Positions 35,057 to 45,372 of a DNA stretch of 64,000 nt are shown here, in pieces. Below the pieces are notes generated by a model that was not told where the DNA came from, made no database searches, and was given only the letters and a program-made list of their open reading frames with translations. The DNA is from Oligoflexia bacterium. Lineage in GTDB: Bacteria; Bdellovibrionota; Bdellovibrionia; JABDDW01. The number at the start of each line of letters is the position of its first letter. Position 1 is the stretch's first letter. The translations under genes were made by a program, and so were the position numbers. The stretch covers positions 12,849-76,848 of the forward strand of contig JAYTHU010000075.1 of the NCBI GenBank assembly GCA_043732305.1. Direction: 5' to 3'.

Positions 35057-35644
35057 ATGTCAGGACGACTAGCCTCGCGGGGCGCTTCGGCAATCGCGAT
35101 TTATTTTTTGCTCTTTTGCGTTATTTCTACATTTGCAATCAAAGCAAATGCAGGAACTTTTGAAGTCAGTGCCAGTTACACTTACAAAGATACAAATTAC
35201 GACGCCAATCAATATGACATGTCTGAAAGTGGAACGGCAGGCCTTGGATATTATTTTTGGGAAACAAGCGCTCTTGAATTTACCTACACCCGCGGCGCGG
35301 AAAAACTTGTGCAAGATACCGGCACAACATTTCAGGATTTTACCGGCTACGGCGCGGATTTTCTTTTCACCGTGGCAAATGAGAACAGTAGATTCAAACC
35401 GTATTTAAAAGTCGGCGCGGTTTATCTCGTTAAAAATCTCAGAAACTATTTCACTAACGGAACTGTCTCCCCCATCACCGTTCAACAAGGAATTGCACCA
35501 CAAGTCGGAGTTGGATTAAAATGGATGCTAGGCCAACAATTTGGTATTAAGTTTGGAATCGATGTTTCCACAAGCCCACTTAATAATTCAACGGCTACCA
35601 CCTATGACTTCGGCGCAAGTGCCGGAATCAGCTTTCTGTTCTAA
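35057..35644 (+). CDS. 8-stranded outer-membrane beta-barrel protein
   Basis: Signal peptide, FKPYLKVG, C-terminal Phe. Confidence 0.8.
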   Translation: MSGRLASRGASAIAIYFLLFCVISTFAIKANAGTFEVSASYTYKDTNYDANQYDMSESGTAGLGYYFWETSALEFTYTRGAEKLVQDTGTTFQDFTGYGADFLFTVANENSRFKPYLKVGAVYLVKNLRNYFTNGTVSPITVQQGIAPQVGVGLKWMLGQQFGIKFGIDVSTSPLNNSTATTYDFGASAGISFLF

Positions 35645-36718
35645 ATGAGAATACAAATCTCAAATTTTCGCAAATCCCTAATTTTTTCTAGTTTCCTTGT
35701 CATGCTCTCGATTTTAAGCACCGGTTGCGAGTTAAAATATTTAATCAAATCGGCTGAAGGGCAATTGGATTTACTATCTAAAAAAGAGAGTGTTGATAAA
35801 GCGCTGAAAGACCCGCAAATAGATGACGAAACCAAACGTAAAATACAATTGGTTCAAAAAACTAAAGCGTTTGCGGAAAAAAATCTGGCTCTGGTTCACA
35901 CTACAAACTATGACAGCTTTGTTCTACTTCCCGAGCGCTACGTTACCTATGCGGTGACGGCCAGTTCCAAAGAAAGACTTCAAGCTTACCTTTGGTCCTT
36001 CCCATTTGTTGGACGAGTTCCTTACAAAGGCTTTTTCAAGAAGCAAGATGCGCTCGATGAAGCAGATATTTTAAAGAAGGAAAACCTAGATGTCATAGTC
36101 AGAGGCGTGAGCGCTTACTCTACGCTCGGATGGTTTTCAGATCCTCTTATGTCCAGCATGACTAAAGATGATGATTCTGAATTAGTGGACACAGTCATTC
36201 ACGAAACTACACATGCCACAATATATGTGAAAAGCAATGCAGATTTCAATGAACGCCTAGCCACATTTGTTGGTGAAAAAGGCACAGAGCTTTTCTACCT
36301 TCAGGAAGAAGGCAATAACTCCCCCACTTTGAAAAAAATGAAATCTGTAAACGACGACTCAAAAATATTTTTTTCTTTTATGGGTGACGAGATAAAAAGT
36401 ATCGAAAAGTATTACGATGCGAATCAAGCAAACGCAAACCTCATAAGCAATCGAGAAAATGAATTTAAAAGAATTAAAAAAGATTTTTTAGTCCAGTGTC
36501 TACCGAAGTTAAAAAGTGGACGATTCGATTTTTTCAAAGAAGTCATTATCAACAACGCGATGCTCATCGGATACAAAATGTATTATAGTGATCATGAAAT
36601 CTTCCAACGGCTATTAGATAAAACTAACAACCACTGGAAGGAATTTTTCTTAGAACTCGCCAAGATCAAAAAATCAAGCAATCCTGACGCTGATCTTGAA
36701 ACTCTTCTGAAGAACTGA
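35645..36718 (+). CDS. Putative Zn aminopeptidase lipoprotein (DUF2265-like)
   Basis: STGC lipobox, VPYKGFF, AYSTLGWF.DP, HETTH, FNE.LA.FV. Confidence 0.88.
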   Translation: MRIQISNFRKSLIFSSFLVMLSILSTGCELKYLIKSAEGQLDLLSKKESVDKALKDPQIDDETKRKIQLVQKTKAFAEKNLALVHTTNYDSFVLLPERYVTYAVTASSKERLQAYLWSFPFVGRVPYKGFFKKQDALDEADILKKENLDVIVRGVSAYSTLGWFSDPLMSSMTKDDDSELVDTVIHETTHATIYVKSNADFNERLATFVGEKGTELFYLQEEGNNSPTLKKMKSVNDDSKIFFSFMGDEIKSIEKYYDANQANANLISNRENEFKRIKKDFLVQCLPKLKSGRFDFFKEVIINNAMLIGYKMYYSDHEIFQRLLDKTNNHWKEFFLELAKIKKSSNPDADLETLLKN

Positions 36719-36868
36719 GAAAACTGGGGTCGCAAGATTTCCTAATGTAGCAATCTCGGTATTGTCGGCGTCGTTATCCAAACTGTCATCCTCGTCAAAC
36801 GACAGCAGACTCAGGGGCGTAGCAACTAAGACCAGACTCATCACAAACAGATAAGTGACTTTCCTCAT
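36674..36868 (-). CDS. Small acidic membrane/secreted protein (64 aa)
   Basis: AAGGAGG RBS, hydrophobic N-terminus, ECF-like promoter upstream. Confidence 0.55.
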   Translation of the reverse strand: MRKVTYLFVMSLVLVATPLSLLSFDEDDSLDNDADNTEIATLGNLATPVFSVLQKSFKISVRIA

Positions 36869-36948
36869 ACGTTCCTCCTTTATATTTGACGCATTCAAAG
36901 GAAACTGTGGTTAAGCGTCAAAACAAACTGGACTAAAAAGATTTGTAC

Positions 36949-37533
36949 TTACTCAGCAGTAGCTGCTTGGGAATGATCCTGGGAAAGCATGTCTTTGAAC
37001 TTTTTCATCATCTCGCGTTTCAATAAAACATACTCTGCGGCTTTAGAACTACCAAAGAGCTTTTCCACCATTAGAATCTCTTTTGAGGGCAGCCCATTAA
37101 GCTTTTTCATCACATCCAAGTACTCTTGCATAAGTTTCGTACTCAACTTCTTATCGGCTTTTCGCTGGTCCAGTTGAGCCGCAACTTCATCGGACCGACC
37201 TCTAAGGATTCGTTTTTCCTCGGATATTTTTTTATATTCGACTTCAAAGTGCATTTCCTCAGATGTGCTGAGCTGAAGCCTATCCGAAACGCGCCACATG
37301 AATAATTGCTCAAGGCGCTGTTTCATTTTTTCGGGCTTTTTCGAGTCTTCAGCTGAAAGTGGGACAACCGAATGACTGGGCGTAGCTTCCACGGATCCAC
37401 CACTTTTTGGCAGTGGAGGCTGAGATTGAGAATAAGCGGAAACTGAGGTGATAGCAGACAGAAAAAGCAATGCTACTACGTTTTTATTGGAAATCTTAAC
37501 AAGTTTTATTGATAACACTTTTTTAAACATCAT
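36949..37533 (-). CDS. Periplasmic helical protein (Spy/CpxP-like) of the ECF cluster
   Basis: Signal peptide, L.LS..E motif, third gene of sigma/anti-sigma cluster. Confidence 0.6.
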   Translation of the reverse strand: MMFKKVLSIKLVKISNKNVVALLFLSAITSVSAYSQSQPPLPKSGGSVEATPSHSVVPLSAEDSKKPEKMKQRLEQLFMWRVSDRLQLSTSEEMHFEVEYKKISEEKRILRGRSDEVAAQLDQRKADKKLSTKLMQEYLDVMKKLNGLPSKEILMVEKLFGSSKAAEYVLLKREMMKKFKDMLSQDHSQAATAE

Positions 37534-37540
37534 CCTTGCT

Positions 37541-38170
37541 CTATAAATTTTCAATCACCTTTTTAGCCTGCCCCTCTGGGAGCTGGCTTAATTTTTCTGC
37601 AATCGCATCAAACATGAAATCTTCATTTCCTTGTTGATTAACAATCACTTCATTGTAGATACCTTCATTTTGCACCATATTTTGCGCGGCGGCTTCAACT
37701 TTTTGCTCCATCTGAATGCGATGATTTTTTAAACCTTTTTGGGTAACTAAAGTGCCTGCTCCCAACACGAAAATGGCTGCAGATGCAGCCACGAGTCCTC
37801 TTTGTTGAGATTTTTTCCACGGAGTCACTTGCTTTAATGGTTGAACATTGGAGATTTCACTCATGATGCGATTTTTTAAACAATCAAAAACCTCGTCCGG
37901 CGGAAGTTCCCCCGAAAGTGAACTCAGCTGATCACAGCGACGAATCTCGGCTTTGAGATTTCTCAATTGGAACACGGCCCGACGCTCATCCTTGTCATTA
38001 GCAATAACTCGGTCCAAATCTTCTTTAAATGACTTCTCTAGTTCTCCGTCAAGATAATCAAGCCAGATTTCCGCGGCAATTTTAGTCTTCGGCTTGGATT
38101 TCGACATCGGTGTTACCTCATCGGTTCGCTTTTCTGTGTTTTCATTCGTACGTTTTATAGACAACTTCAA
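37541..38170 (-). CDS. Putative anti-sigma factor
   Basis: LDYLDGEL N-terminal motif, single TM, overlaps ECF sigma stop. Confidence 0.75.
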   Translation of the reverse strand: MKLSIKRTNENTEKRTDEVTPMSKSKPKTKIAAEIWLDYLDGELEKSFKEDLDRVIANDKDERRAVFQLRNLKAEIRRCDQLSSLSGELPPDEVFDCLKNRIMSEISNVQPLKQVTPWKKSQQRGLVAASAAIFVLGAGTLVTQKGLKNHRIQMEQKVEAAAQNMVQNEGIYNEVIVNQQGNEDFMFDAIAEKLSQLPEGQAKKVIENL

Positions 38171-38778
38171 TCTCCGTTCAGGTTAGGCACAATCAAAGTT
38201 TTTATGCCTTCAGCTTCTTCGTCTAAGCTTTCTTGCCAGTTTTGGACTCCAGGCATTTCAGCAAAAACATCCTTCAATTTAAGCACAGCGTGTCGATAAT
38301 TCGCTTTTGCGGTGTCATAAGGACATTCCATAATCTGAGCAATTTCTTGAAAACTCAGATCCTCGAACACCCGAAGTGAAAGAGCGGTTCTTTGTTTCTC
38401 CGGAAGCTTTTCGACTTCTTTATGCAACAACGTTTGCATTTCCACTTTTTCCATTCCCTTAGTAGTTGTCTCGGAAACAGAAATCACCACGTCCTCAATA
38501 TCAACTTCATGTCCCGCTTTTGATCTCCATCTGTTCTTGCAGGTATTGATCGCGATTCTGAAAAGCCAGCTCTTGAAACTGGATCTTTCTTCGAATAAAT
38601 TGATTTTTTGGTAAGCCTTTATGAAGCTTTCTTGGACCACGTCTTCAGCGGCACCATGGTCACCGATAAAGCGCAGAGCGAGCCTGTATACCGCTCTTTG
38701 GTGTCTTTCTACAAGTTCCCCAAAGGCTTGGCTGTTTCCACTTTTAATTTCGCGAACTAGGTCCAAATCAGCTTTCAT
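38167..38778 (-). CDS. ECF RNA polymerase sigma factor
   Basis: AEDVVQESF, SFKSWLFRIAIN, LSFQEIAQIMECP. Confidence 0.95.
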   Translation of the reverse strand: MKADLDLVREIKSGNSQAFGELVERHQRAVYRLALRFIGDHGAAEDVVQESFIKAYQKINLFEERSSFKSWLFRIAINTCKNRWRSKAGHEVDIEDVVISVSETTTKGMEKVEMQTLLHKEVEKLPEKQRTALSLRVFEDLSFQEIAQIMECPYDTAKANYRHAVLKLKDVFAEMPGVQNWQESLDEEAEGIKTLIVPNLNGD

Positions 38779-38796
38779 ATACCGCCTAGTCCAGTA

Positions 38797-38824
38797 TTAG
38801 ACACCGACTTAGGTCGATGGGTTA
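38797..38824 (-). promoter_or_regulatory. Putative ECF autoregulatory promoter
   Basis: TAAC-N18-GTCTAA. Confidence 0.5.
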
Positions 38825-38931
38825 AATCTATTTTAATGTAGCGCATCTTTTTCTAAAAAAACATCCCCAGGGCCAAACTGATACCGAAAAAAGAAGCTGG
38901 CGGGCCCTCAGTTTGCAATGGCAAAACTCGA

Positions 38932-39204
38932 GTGACTCAGTTCAATTTTAGGAGTTTCAGTGCCAGGCCAATTGAAGATCTTTTGCCGATAGTGCCGAAG
39001 CCACCCGCGGGGAAGAAGAAGTTGGAAGTCGGGCAATGGGAAGTAGCTTACAATTCCATGACTGACAAAATCCACTACCAGAGTACGAGTAAGAAGCACT
39101 CCATTATTTTAAACGACGTGTTTAATTTTGAAACAAATTTAGGTGATGTTCATTACGAACTTGATCACGGTCTCAATCTTCGTAAAGAAGCTGTTATTTT
39201 CTGA
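38932..39204 (+). CDS. Hypothetical protein (uncertain)
   Basis: 90-aa ORF filling the intergenic gap, no motif. Confidence 0.4.
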   Translation: MTQFNFRSFSARPIEDLLPIVPKPPAGKKKLEVGQWEVAYNSMTDKIHYQSTSKKHSIILNDVFNFETNLGDVHYELDHGLNLRKEAVIF

Positions 39205-39676
39205 CAGTAGGTGAAGTTGTGACAGGAATTTGCGCAGGCACCATTGGTGGCGTTTGCACACCACCAGGAAGCTGCACGGGAGACGTCATGCCGGGTGCCG
39301 CAGCGGCAGGCGCAGCAACACTAGATGTTTCAGTCTTAAATTGAATCAATTGAGCATGATCACATTTGCCAAATTCTTCTAGCGAAGCAAGTTCTGGAAA
39401 CCCGCGAAAAATGATATTATCTCCAGGTTTGATTCCGGCGAAGGCAGTGTCTTCAGCTCGGCAAATATAACCATCATCACAGATAATGGAAAACTTGTTC
39501 ACCTGACTAGCGTTGGTGACGATCATTCCCTTGGAGAAAGCTTCAACCCTAAGAACTTTGCATTCCTTTTTCGACGAAAGTGCCCAAGAGACTGTTCTTG
39601 GTGAAACGACGAAAGTCGCGATGAACGCGGCCACTAAAAGAATAACGATTAAAATTAATTTATTTTTGAATTTCAT
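39194..39676 (-). CDS. Hypothetical membrane-anchored protein with Pro/Ala tail
   Basis: N-terminal TM, 4 Cys. Confidence 0.7.
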   Translation of the reverse strand: MKFKNKLILIVILLVAAFIATFVVSPRTVSWALSSKKECKVLRVEAFSKGMIVTNASQVNKFSIICDDGYICRAEDTAFAGIKPGDNIIFRGFPELASLEEFGKCDHAQLIQFKTETSSVAAPAAAAPGMTSPVQLPGGVQTPPMVPAQIPVTTSPTVRK

Positions 39677-39731
39677 GGAACTTACTTATCAGAAAATAAC
39701 GCGGTATTGCTACCAAAATTAACGGCGTACC

Positions 39732-40910
39732 TTAGGGTTTTTCTAAATCAACCCATTCCAGATCAGTCATAAAGGAAATGCGCACTTCTTTGGGCTTCAC
39801 AATCCCATCACGAATTCGAATAATATCCCCACGTTTCAGCCCAGGCTTGAGGCGATTGCGATCGAGCCAACTCAAAAACTCGCGATTAACACCGCGGCAA
39901 ATCATCTGACGAGTTTTTCCACGTTCGGCCTGAGCATCTCCCACAACTCGGGAAAGCCCAGTGAGATCGGTCAGCGGCTTTTGCCGCGCAAGCAGCAGAT
40001 AACTCAAAGTGAGAGTGTCATTTCGCATCGGAAGAAATTGTTCCAAATTTTGAAACCACTCAGGTTTGGTCCAATGCACGCGGTGATGACACCAGTCTTT
40101 ACCCGATTGATTGTACAATGGACAAAATTCTTGGTGTGTGCAAGGAGCCCACGCGAACCAACCTTGCTCAATCATTTTATCTCGATAGAGCATCAGTTTT
40201 CGGCCAGCTTGATTGGTACTGGGTTCAATAATAATCAAACGCTGAACATGATCAGGAATTTTTGGATACCCATAGGCTTGGCCGGCATGACCGGTTTCTT
40301 GACCGCGAGGCATCCCTCCAACGTGAGACTCGTGGGCGTCGAGTTCATTTAAAACGTAACTAAAAATCAGCGTGTCCGTATAACTACTTTGAGATTCCGC
40401 TTTCAGTGCATCACTAAGCTTAAGATCCCCGAGATTAGTATTCACATCCACGTTCATAAACTTCAGCCACTTTGCATACTCACGAATGGCCACTGAACTT
40501 CTGTCCGTTCCAGTGATTTTAATTGCTGGTAAAATAGCAGAGCATTCGGTTGCGAGAGCCATACTTGCCGCTCCGGCACCGCAGCCCCAGTCCATCACTC
40601 GGCGAGCGTCTAGTAAAAAACGTGTCTTACGAACCTCTGCCATCGCGGAACGGGATCGAACATAATTTAAAACATTGAAATAAGCCAAATAAGCCGCATG
40701 ATGGCCAGGATCTTTCCAATAATCGTCGTGACTATGGGGATTCACTCCCCTGATAAAAAAATCAGAAAGTTTCAAAACAGCCTGAGCTAATTTCTGCGGT
40801 TCTTTTAGAGAAAATCCTAAAGGCGCGATGGATTCCTCTAAATGCGCCAGAAAATCTTCAGGAACAGTTAGGTTTTTAACTTCTTGCGAAACTTCAAAGG
40901 ATTGAAACAC
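39732..40910 (-). CDS. Rsm22-family SAM-dependent methyltransferase
   Basis: DWGCGAG, SYVLNEL, IIEP, APCTH..CP...DWCH. Confidence 0.85.
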   Translation of the reverse strand: MFQSFEVSQEVKNLTVPEDFLAHLEESIAPLGFSLKEPQKLAQAVLKLSDFFIRGVNPHSHDDYWKDPGHHAAYLAYFNVLNYVRSRSAMAEVRKTRFLLDARRVMDWGCGAGAASMALATECSAILPAIKITGTDRSSVAIREYAKWLKFMNVDVNTNLGDLKLSDALKAESQSSYTDTLIFSYVLNELDAHESHVGGMPRGQETGHAGQAYGYPKIPDHVQRLIIIEPSTNQAGRKLMLYRDKMIEQGWFAWAPCTHQEFCPLYNQSGKDWCHHRVHWTKPEWFQNLEQFLPMRNDTLTLSYLLLARQKPLTDLTGLSRVVGDAQAERGKTRQMICRGVNREFLSWLDRNRLKPGLKRGDIIRIRDGIVKPKEVRISFMTDLEWVDLEKP

Positions 40911-41829
40911 GATTTCGACCCGCTTTTTTGCTTAAGTAGGCCGACTGATCGGCTTTGGTGAATAATTGATTGTGATCTTGCATACTAGAATCAAGAGCAG
41001 CCACGCCAAGAGAAACTGTCACATGAATTTTTTGTGCGGCAAATTCAAAGATGTGTTTTTCGATGGTTAAGCGAATGCGCTCCGCCACTTCGACGGCTCG
41101 ATGCAATGGACTTCCTTGGAGAATAATAACAAATTCTTCTCCACCGTAACGTCCAAAAGTATCACCTGCACGGATCAAACCATTTTTTACGACTTGGCTG
41201 ACTTCTCGCAAAACATAATCGCCAGCAGGATGTCCGAAAGTGTCATTTACTTTTTTGAAATGATCCAAGTCAAAAACAATCACGCAGAGATGTGTTTCTT
41301 GCGCGCGCGATCGCTTAAATCCATCTTCCAAAAGATTCATGATGGATTGTTTGTTAAGGATTTGGGTGAGTCCGTCAATGGTGCTCTTGTCATACAATCG
41401 GGCAGCAGCGACGGTTTCAATATTGCCTTGGCTCAAAAATTTAAAAATAACATTTCCAAGCTTGATTCTGTCATTGTTAGCCAAAGCTTGAGGCGCATTG
41501 GGTAGCAACCGTTGATTCACCACTTCTGTCCCATTGGTCGAAGCTTGATCGATAATGGTGACATTGGTATTATTTTCCACACGAAGTACCGCATGTTTTT
41601 TGCTCAGACTTTTTTCGTCTATCTGGATGTCGCAAGCGAGATCGCGTCCTACGCTCATCTCTTCTTTGTCTAAGCTCCAACTTTTTCCCATGATGCCTGA
41701 CGGCCCGTTCAAAAGCACAAGTGCAGGAGGAGCTTTTTTTGCTTCTTCGATACGGATTTTAAGAGTGTCACTGTCAATGACATCGGTCTTATCCATAGCT
41801 TCAATTTTATCGTTTTTGTCATCCTGCAT
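40894..41829 (-). CDS. dgcB: FHA-GGDEF diguanylate cyclase (DgcB-like)
   Basis: FHA (VGR..LS..H..STNGT), GGEEF, RxxD I-site, N-terminal TxxI. Confidence 0.85.
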   Translation of the reverse strand: MQDDKNDKIEAMDKTDVIDSDTLKIRIEEAKKAPPALVLLNGPSGIMGKSWSLDKEEMSVGRDLACDIQIDEKSLSKKHAVLRVENNTNVTIIDQASTNGTEVVNQRLLPNAPQALANNDRIKLGNVIFKFLSQGNIETVAAARLYDKSTIDGLTQILNKQSIMNLLEDGFKRSRAQETHLCVIVFDLDHFKKVNDTFGHPAGDYVLREVSQVVKNGLIRAGDTFGRYGGEEFVIILQGSPLHRAVEVAERIRLTIEKHIFEFAAQKIHVTVSLGVAALDSSMQDHNQLFTKADQSAYLSKKAGRNRVSIL

Positions 41830-41847
41830 AGTTAGAATTATAAAAGT

Positions 41848-43095
41848 TTAATCCTCTGACTTCAAGGCCTGCTCTGCATAACGCAAATCGCCAAGAGATC
41901 CGAGAACAACTTTTTTGACGTCTTCCACGCCGGGCTGATCGTACGCATTGATTCCGATGCGAGTAGCCATGGTAGTAACTAACAACTCAAAAAAGAAAAT
42001 CATTTTGCCAATAGTTTGCGGACGATGGTCCAGGATTTTGATTTCAGATGTAGGTATACCGCAATTGGTAAGAATAAGTTTTGTCGCTTGAACTTGAAGC
42101 TTGAGTACTTCACCTACACTTTTTTTACCGAATAGCTTCAGATGCGCTGAAGCAATCTTGGTTATTTTCTGAGATTTCTCACTTTCAAGATTTCGAATAA
42201 AAAGAAAGCTTTTATCTCGGGCGCCCTCAACAAATTGTTGAAGCAAGGAATGCTGATCATTAGAACCGTAGCAAATCAGCGGTGTACTAACCTGAGGAGC
42301 AGGTTTTCCATTGAGTGCTTTGGATTTTGCCAAACTTTCAGACCAAAGTTGTTCGATCCATAACCCAAACGTTTTGAGACTTTCGCAATAGATCCAAAAA
42401 ACACTAATCCAAAGTTTATCCTCAAAGCTTTTAAGATAGAAATCAGAGAGCGAGGCAATTTCTGATTTGGAATCAAGCGTACTTTTTGCGCCTTCCAGAA
42501 TCTGCCGCACGTTCACTCCGGCCCAAACAAGTGGGGCAAGCCCCACATTAGAGAGTACTGAAAAACGCCCGCCCACATCAAGCGGCACAGGCAAGAATCT
42601 TAATCTCAATTCGATACCTAAAGATCTTAAAGAGCTCGGTTTGTCTTCCGTAACAACACTCACATGATCTTTGATGGATTTTTTTTTCTTTTGGAGTAAC
42701 TGTAAAATATGAGCAAGTTGCACGAGAGTTTCTGAAGTCTCACCGCTTTTTGAAACAGCGAGAAAATGAGTTTTCTTCAAATCAAAAGAAGAAAGTATTC
42801 TCTCGAATTCAAAGCCATCAACGTTACTTAAAAAACTCACGCGACGTTTGGGTTGTAGAAAATCATAAATCGCTTGAGTTCCTAATGCGCTTCCGCCAAT
42901 TCCAATAACACAGAGATGATTTTGAGTTTTCTTTATACTTTTTGCCCAGGCTGAGCTTTGCTTCAAATGAATTGTTTCATGTGGAAGCTTCAACCATCCC
43001 GTCATGGCAGATTTATTTGAATCAGCAAGAGCCAGATTTAAAATTTCGTCCAAAGCTTGAGAGCTTTCCGAACTAAACTTCTCAGCTGTTACCAT
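41848..43095 (-). CDS. pgi: Glucose-6-phosphate isomerase
   Basis: GIGGSALG, SKSG.T.ET, GGRFSV, DQHS, DQPGVE. Confidence 0.92.
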   Translation of the reverse strand: MVTAEKFSSESSQALDEILNLALADSNKSAMTGWLKLPHETIHLKQSSAWAKSIKKTQNHLCVIGIGGSALGTQAIYDFLQPKRRVSFLSNVDGFEFERILSSFDLKKTHFLAVSKSGETSETLVQLAHILQLLQKKKKSIKDHVSVVTEDKPSSLRSLGIELRLRFLPVPLDVGGRFSVLSNVGLAPLVWAGVNVRQILEGAKSTLDSKSEIASLSDFYLKSFEDKLWISVFWIYCESLKTFGLWIEQLWSESLAKSKALNGKPAPQVSTPLICYGSNDQHSLLQQFVEGARDKSFLFIRNLESEKSQKITKIASAHLKLFGKKSVGEVLKLQVQATKLILTNCGIPTSEIKILDHRPQTIGKMIFFFELLVTTMATRIGINAYDQPGVEDVKKVVLGSLGDLRYAEQALKSED

Positions 43096-44264
43096 TCGTA
43101 ATTGTCATCGATGTCACGCAGAAGATCACGCGCAATCAGCACTCGCATGATTTCACTGGTGCCAGCGCCAATTTCCATGAGCTTTGCATCACGCATGTAA
43201 CGTTCGACGGGATATTCTTTGGTGTAACCGTAGCCACCCAGAATTTGAATTGCATTCATTCCCACCTTAGTTGCCATCTCCGCAGAAAAAAGTTTACACG
43301 CGGCGGCCATACGGCCCACTCGACTTTCCGAAAGTTTTTTTGCGTCGATCATACGCGCCACTTCAAAAGTAAGTGCCCGACTCGCAGTGATTTGAGTGTA
43401 GTCATCAGCAATCATTTTCTGAATCAATTGAAAACTGCCAAGTGGCTTATCAAACTGTTTTCGCTCTGTTGCATACTTTGTGGCGTACTCATGGGCCGCA
43501 AGTCCAAGTCCATTGCTGATTCCAGCAATGGTCACACGCTCGACATTTAAATTTCGAACCATGTGCTTGACGCTCGAATTTAATTCCCCAACCAAGTTTT
43601 CCACAGGCACTTCGCAATTTTCAAAAATGAGTTCGCTCGTCGGTGATCCGCGCATGCCAAGTTTACTTAGCTTTTTTCCGACACTAAAACCCTTAAAGGT
43701 TTTTTCAACTAAAAATGTACTGAGATCTTTTTTTCCGGGACCGGTCTTCGCGTAACAAAGGAAAAAATGTCCAATAGGACCATTGGTTATGTAAGTCTTA
43801 GTTCCATTGAGAATATATTTATCACCAACTTTTTCAGCGCGAGTTGTCATACCAAGGGCATCACTCCCTGCGCCGGGTTCTGTCATTCCCATTCCACCAA
43901 TCCATTCGCCACTACATAGTCTTGGCAAATATTTCTTCTTCTGGGCTTCATTGGCGTTGGTGCTTAAATTATGAACAGCAAGCATCGAGTGCGCTAAATA
44001 AGACAGTGCCGTTGACGCACAGACGCGCCCCAGCTCTTCCATCACGATGGTTGCTGAAACAGTATCCAAGCCGGCACCGCCATATTCAGGTGGCACAGTG
44101 ATTCCTAGAATCCCGAGCTCGCCCATTTTACGGAACAAGTCGGTATCGAATTTTTCTTTTTCATCTCTCTCTGCAGCACCGGGCGCGAGTTCTTTTTCCG
44201 CAAATGCACGCACCATTTCGGCGAGAGACTCTTGATCCTCGGTAGAAGCCATCGGCAAAGCCAT
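43089..44264 (-). CDS. Acyl-CoA dehydrogenase (isovaleryl-CoA type)
   Basis: MTEPGAGSD, KLGMRGS.T, RDAKLMEIGAGTSE. Confidence 0.9.
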   Translation of the reverse strand: MALPMASTEDQESLAEMVRAFAEKELAPGAAERDEKEKFDTDLFRKMGELGILGITVPPEYGGAGLDTVSATIVMEELGRVCASTALSYLAHSMLAVHNLSTNANEAQKKKYLPRLCSGEWIGGMGMTEPGAGSDALGMTTRAEKVGDKYILNGTKTYITNGPIGHFFLCYAKTGPGKKDLSTFLVEKTFKGFSVGKKLSKLGMRGSPTSELIFENCEVPVENLVGELNSSVKHMVRNLNVERVTIAGISNGLGLAAHEYATKYATERKQFDKPLGSFQLIQKMIADDYTQITASRALTFEVARMIDAKKLSESRVGRMAAACKLFSAEMATKVGMNAIQILGGYGYTKEYPVERYMRDAKLMEIGAGTSEIMRVLIARDLLRDIDDNYEW

Positions 44265-44292
44265 AGAACCTCCAAATTAGGTCCTGATTTAA

Positions 44293-45369
44293 TCAGATTG
44301 CGACGTCGAGTTCAACCCTGTAGTGACCACGCCACTCTTTAAGACGGGCCCGCGGTCTGCCGCCCTCTTCAGGATACTCGATAAAAACGTAGGTGAGCTT
44401 GGTGATTTTTCCAAGACTCGTGATGTCAAGACTCGTCAACTCCGTCCAGGTGCCCGTATTGAGGTACTCTTTGTTGAATCCCCACTGACGGTAAACATAA
44501 ACGTGAGTGTGCCCAAAGCAGACCGTATGCACGCGGTCATCATTTAGAATTTTTCGAGCGGCACTTTCCAAATCTGGATAAATAGCGCTTTCCTTCATGA
44601 TCTTGAGACTATTTCGAAGAGAAACTGGTCTTCCACGGTCCCGCTTCACACCTTGAAGTAAAAAGAAAAGAATGAATTGCGAAAGAGTTTTGATCGCGAA
44701 GAAAAATTCGTTTACGAGGCCCCATCGAATAAAAGCATCAAAGGGTCTGACCTTATCAATATGGGGCATCTTCTCTTTTACTTTAAGAACAAAATTAATA
44801 AAGAAGTAGCTGGCCCACGGAAGATTCAAAATCGGTTCGACCAGATCTTGTTTGATAAAAAACTTTCGAGGGTCGATTCGATTGGCCGCTTCATGCTGAT
44901 GACCATGCTCAATATGAACGCCATCAAAGAAATAAACGATGTTTTTATAATTGATACGCGTGCCACAAGCTTCGTCCAAAACAAGACGTGTTTTGGGCCA
45001 AAGCATCCCTTGATCATGATTGCCAATGATATACGTGATTTTGCAACCAGGAAGGCTCGCGAATTTTTTAAGGGAATCAAAAACTTTTTTGTGACCGAGA
45101 ATAATCTGTTCTGTTTTCCAAACGTCAATGCTCTCGGTAAGAACGGTTGTGTGATGTCCCTTGTAATCAGTTTGCAAAAGATTAAGGAAGTCGCCGTTGA
45201 TAATGAGTTCTACTTCCGCGTTTTCCCATGCTCCAACCGTGTAATATTCTAAAAATTCACAGAATTTGTCGTCGTAATAGAATTCTTCTAAAACGTTGAA
45301 GGAACCATCTTGCAGGATGTGACCTTTCCCGAGATGAAAGTCACTGACAACGAGTTTTATTCGTTTCAT
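44293..45369 (-). CDS. Metallophosphoesterase
   Basis: SDFH, NGD, GNHD, HGH and GHTH motifs. Confidence 0.88.
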   Translation of the reverse strand: MKRIKLVVSDFHLGKGHILQDGSFNVLEEFYYDDKFCEFLEYYTVGAWENAEVELIINGDFLNLLQTDYKGHHTTVLTESIDVWKTEQIILGHKKVFDSLKKFASLPGCKITYIIGNHDQGMLWPKTRLVLDEACGTRINYKNIVYFFDGVHIEHGHQHEAANRIDPRKFFIKQDLVEPILNLPWASYFFINFVLKVKEKMPHIDKVRPFDAFIRWGLVNEFFFAIKTLSQFILFFLLQGVKRDRGRPVSLRNSLKIMKESAIYPDLESAARKILNDDRVHTVCFGHTHVYVYRQWGFNKEYLNTGTWTELTSLDITSLGKITKLTYVFIEYPEEGGRPRARLKEWRGHYRVELDVAI

Positions 45370-45372
45370 TAT

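Noticed and set aside
38873..38914. Degenerate REP copy (AAAAAGAAGCTGG inside a CAAACTGA/TCAGTTTG stem)
   Set aside because: The match is short and lacks GGTACC; could be chance
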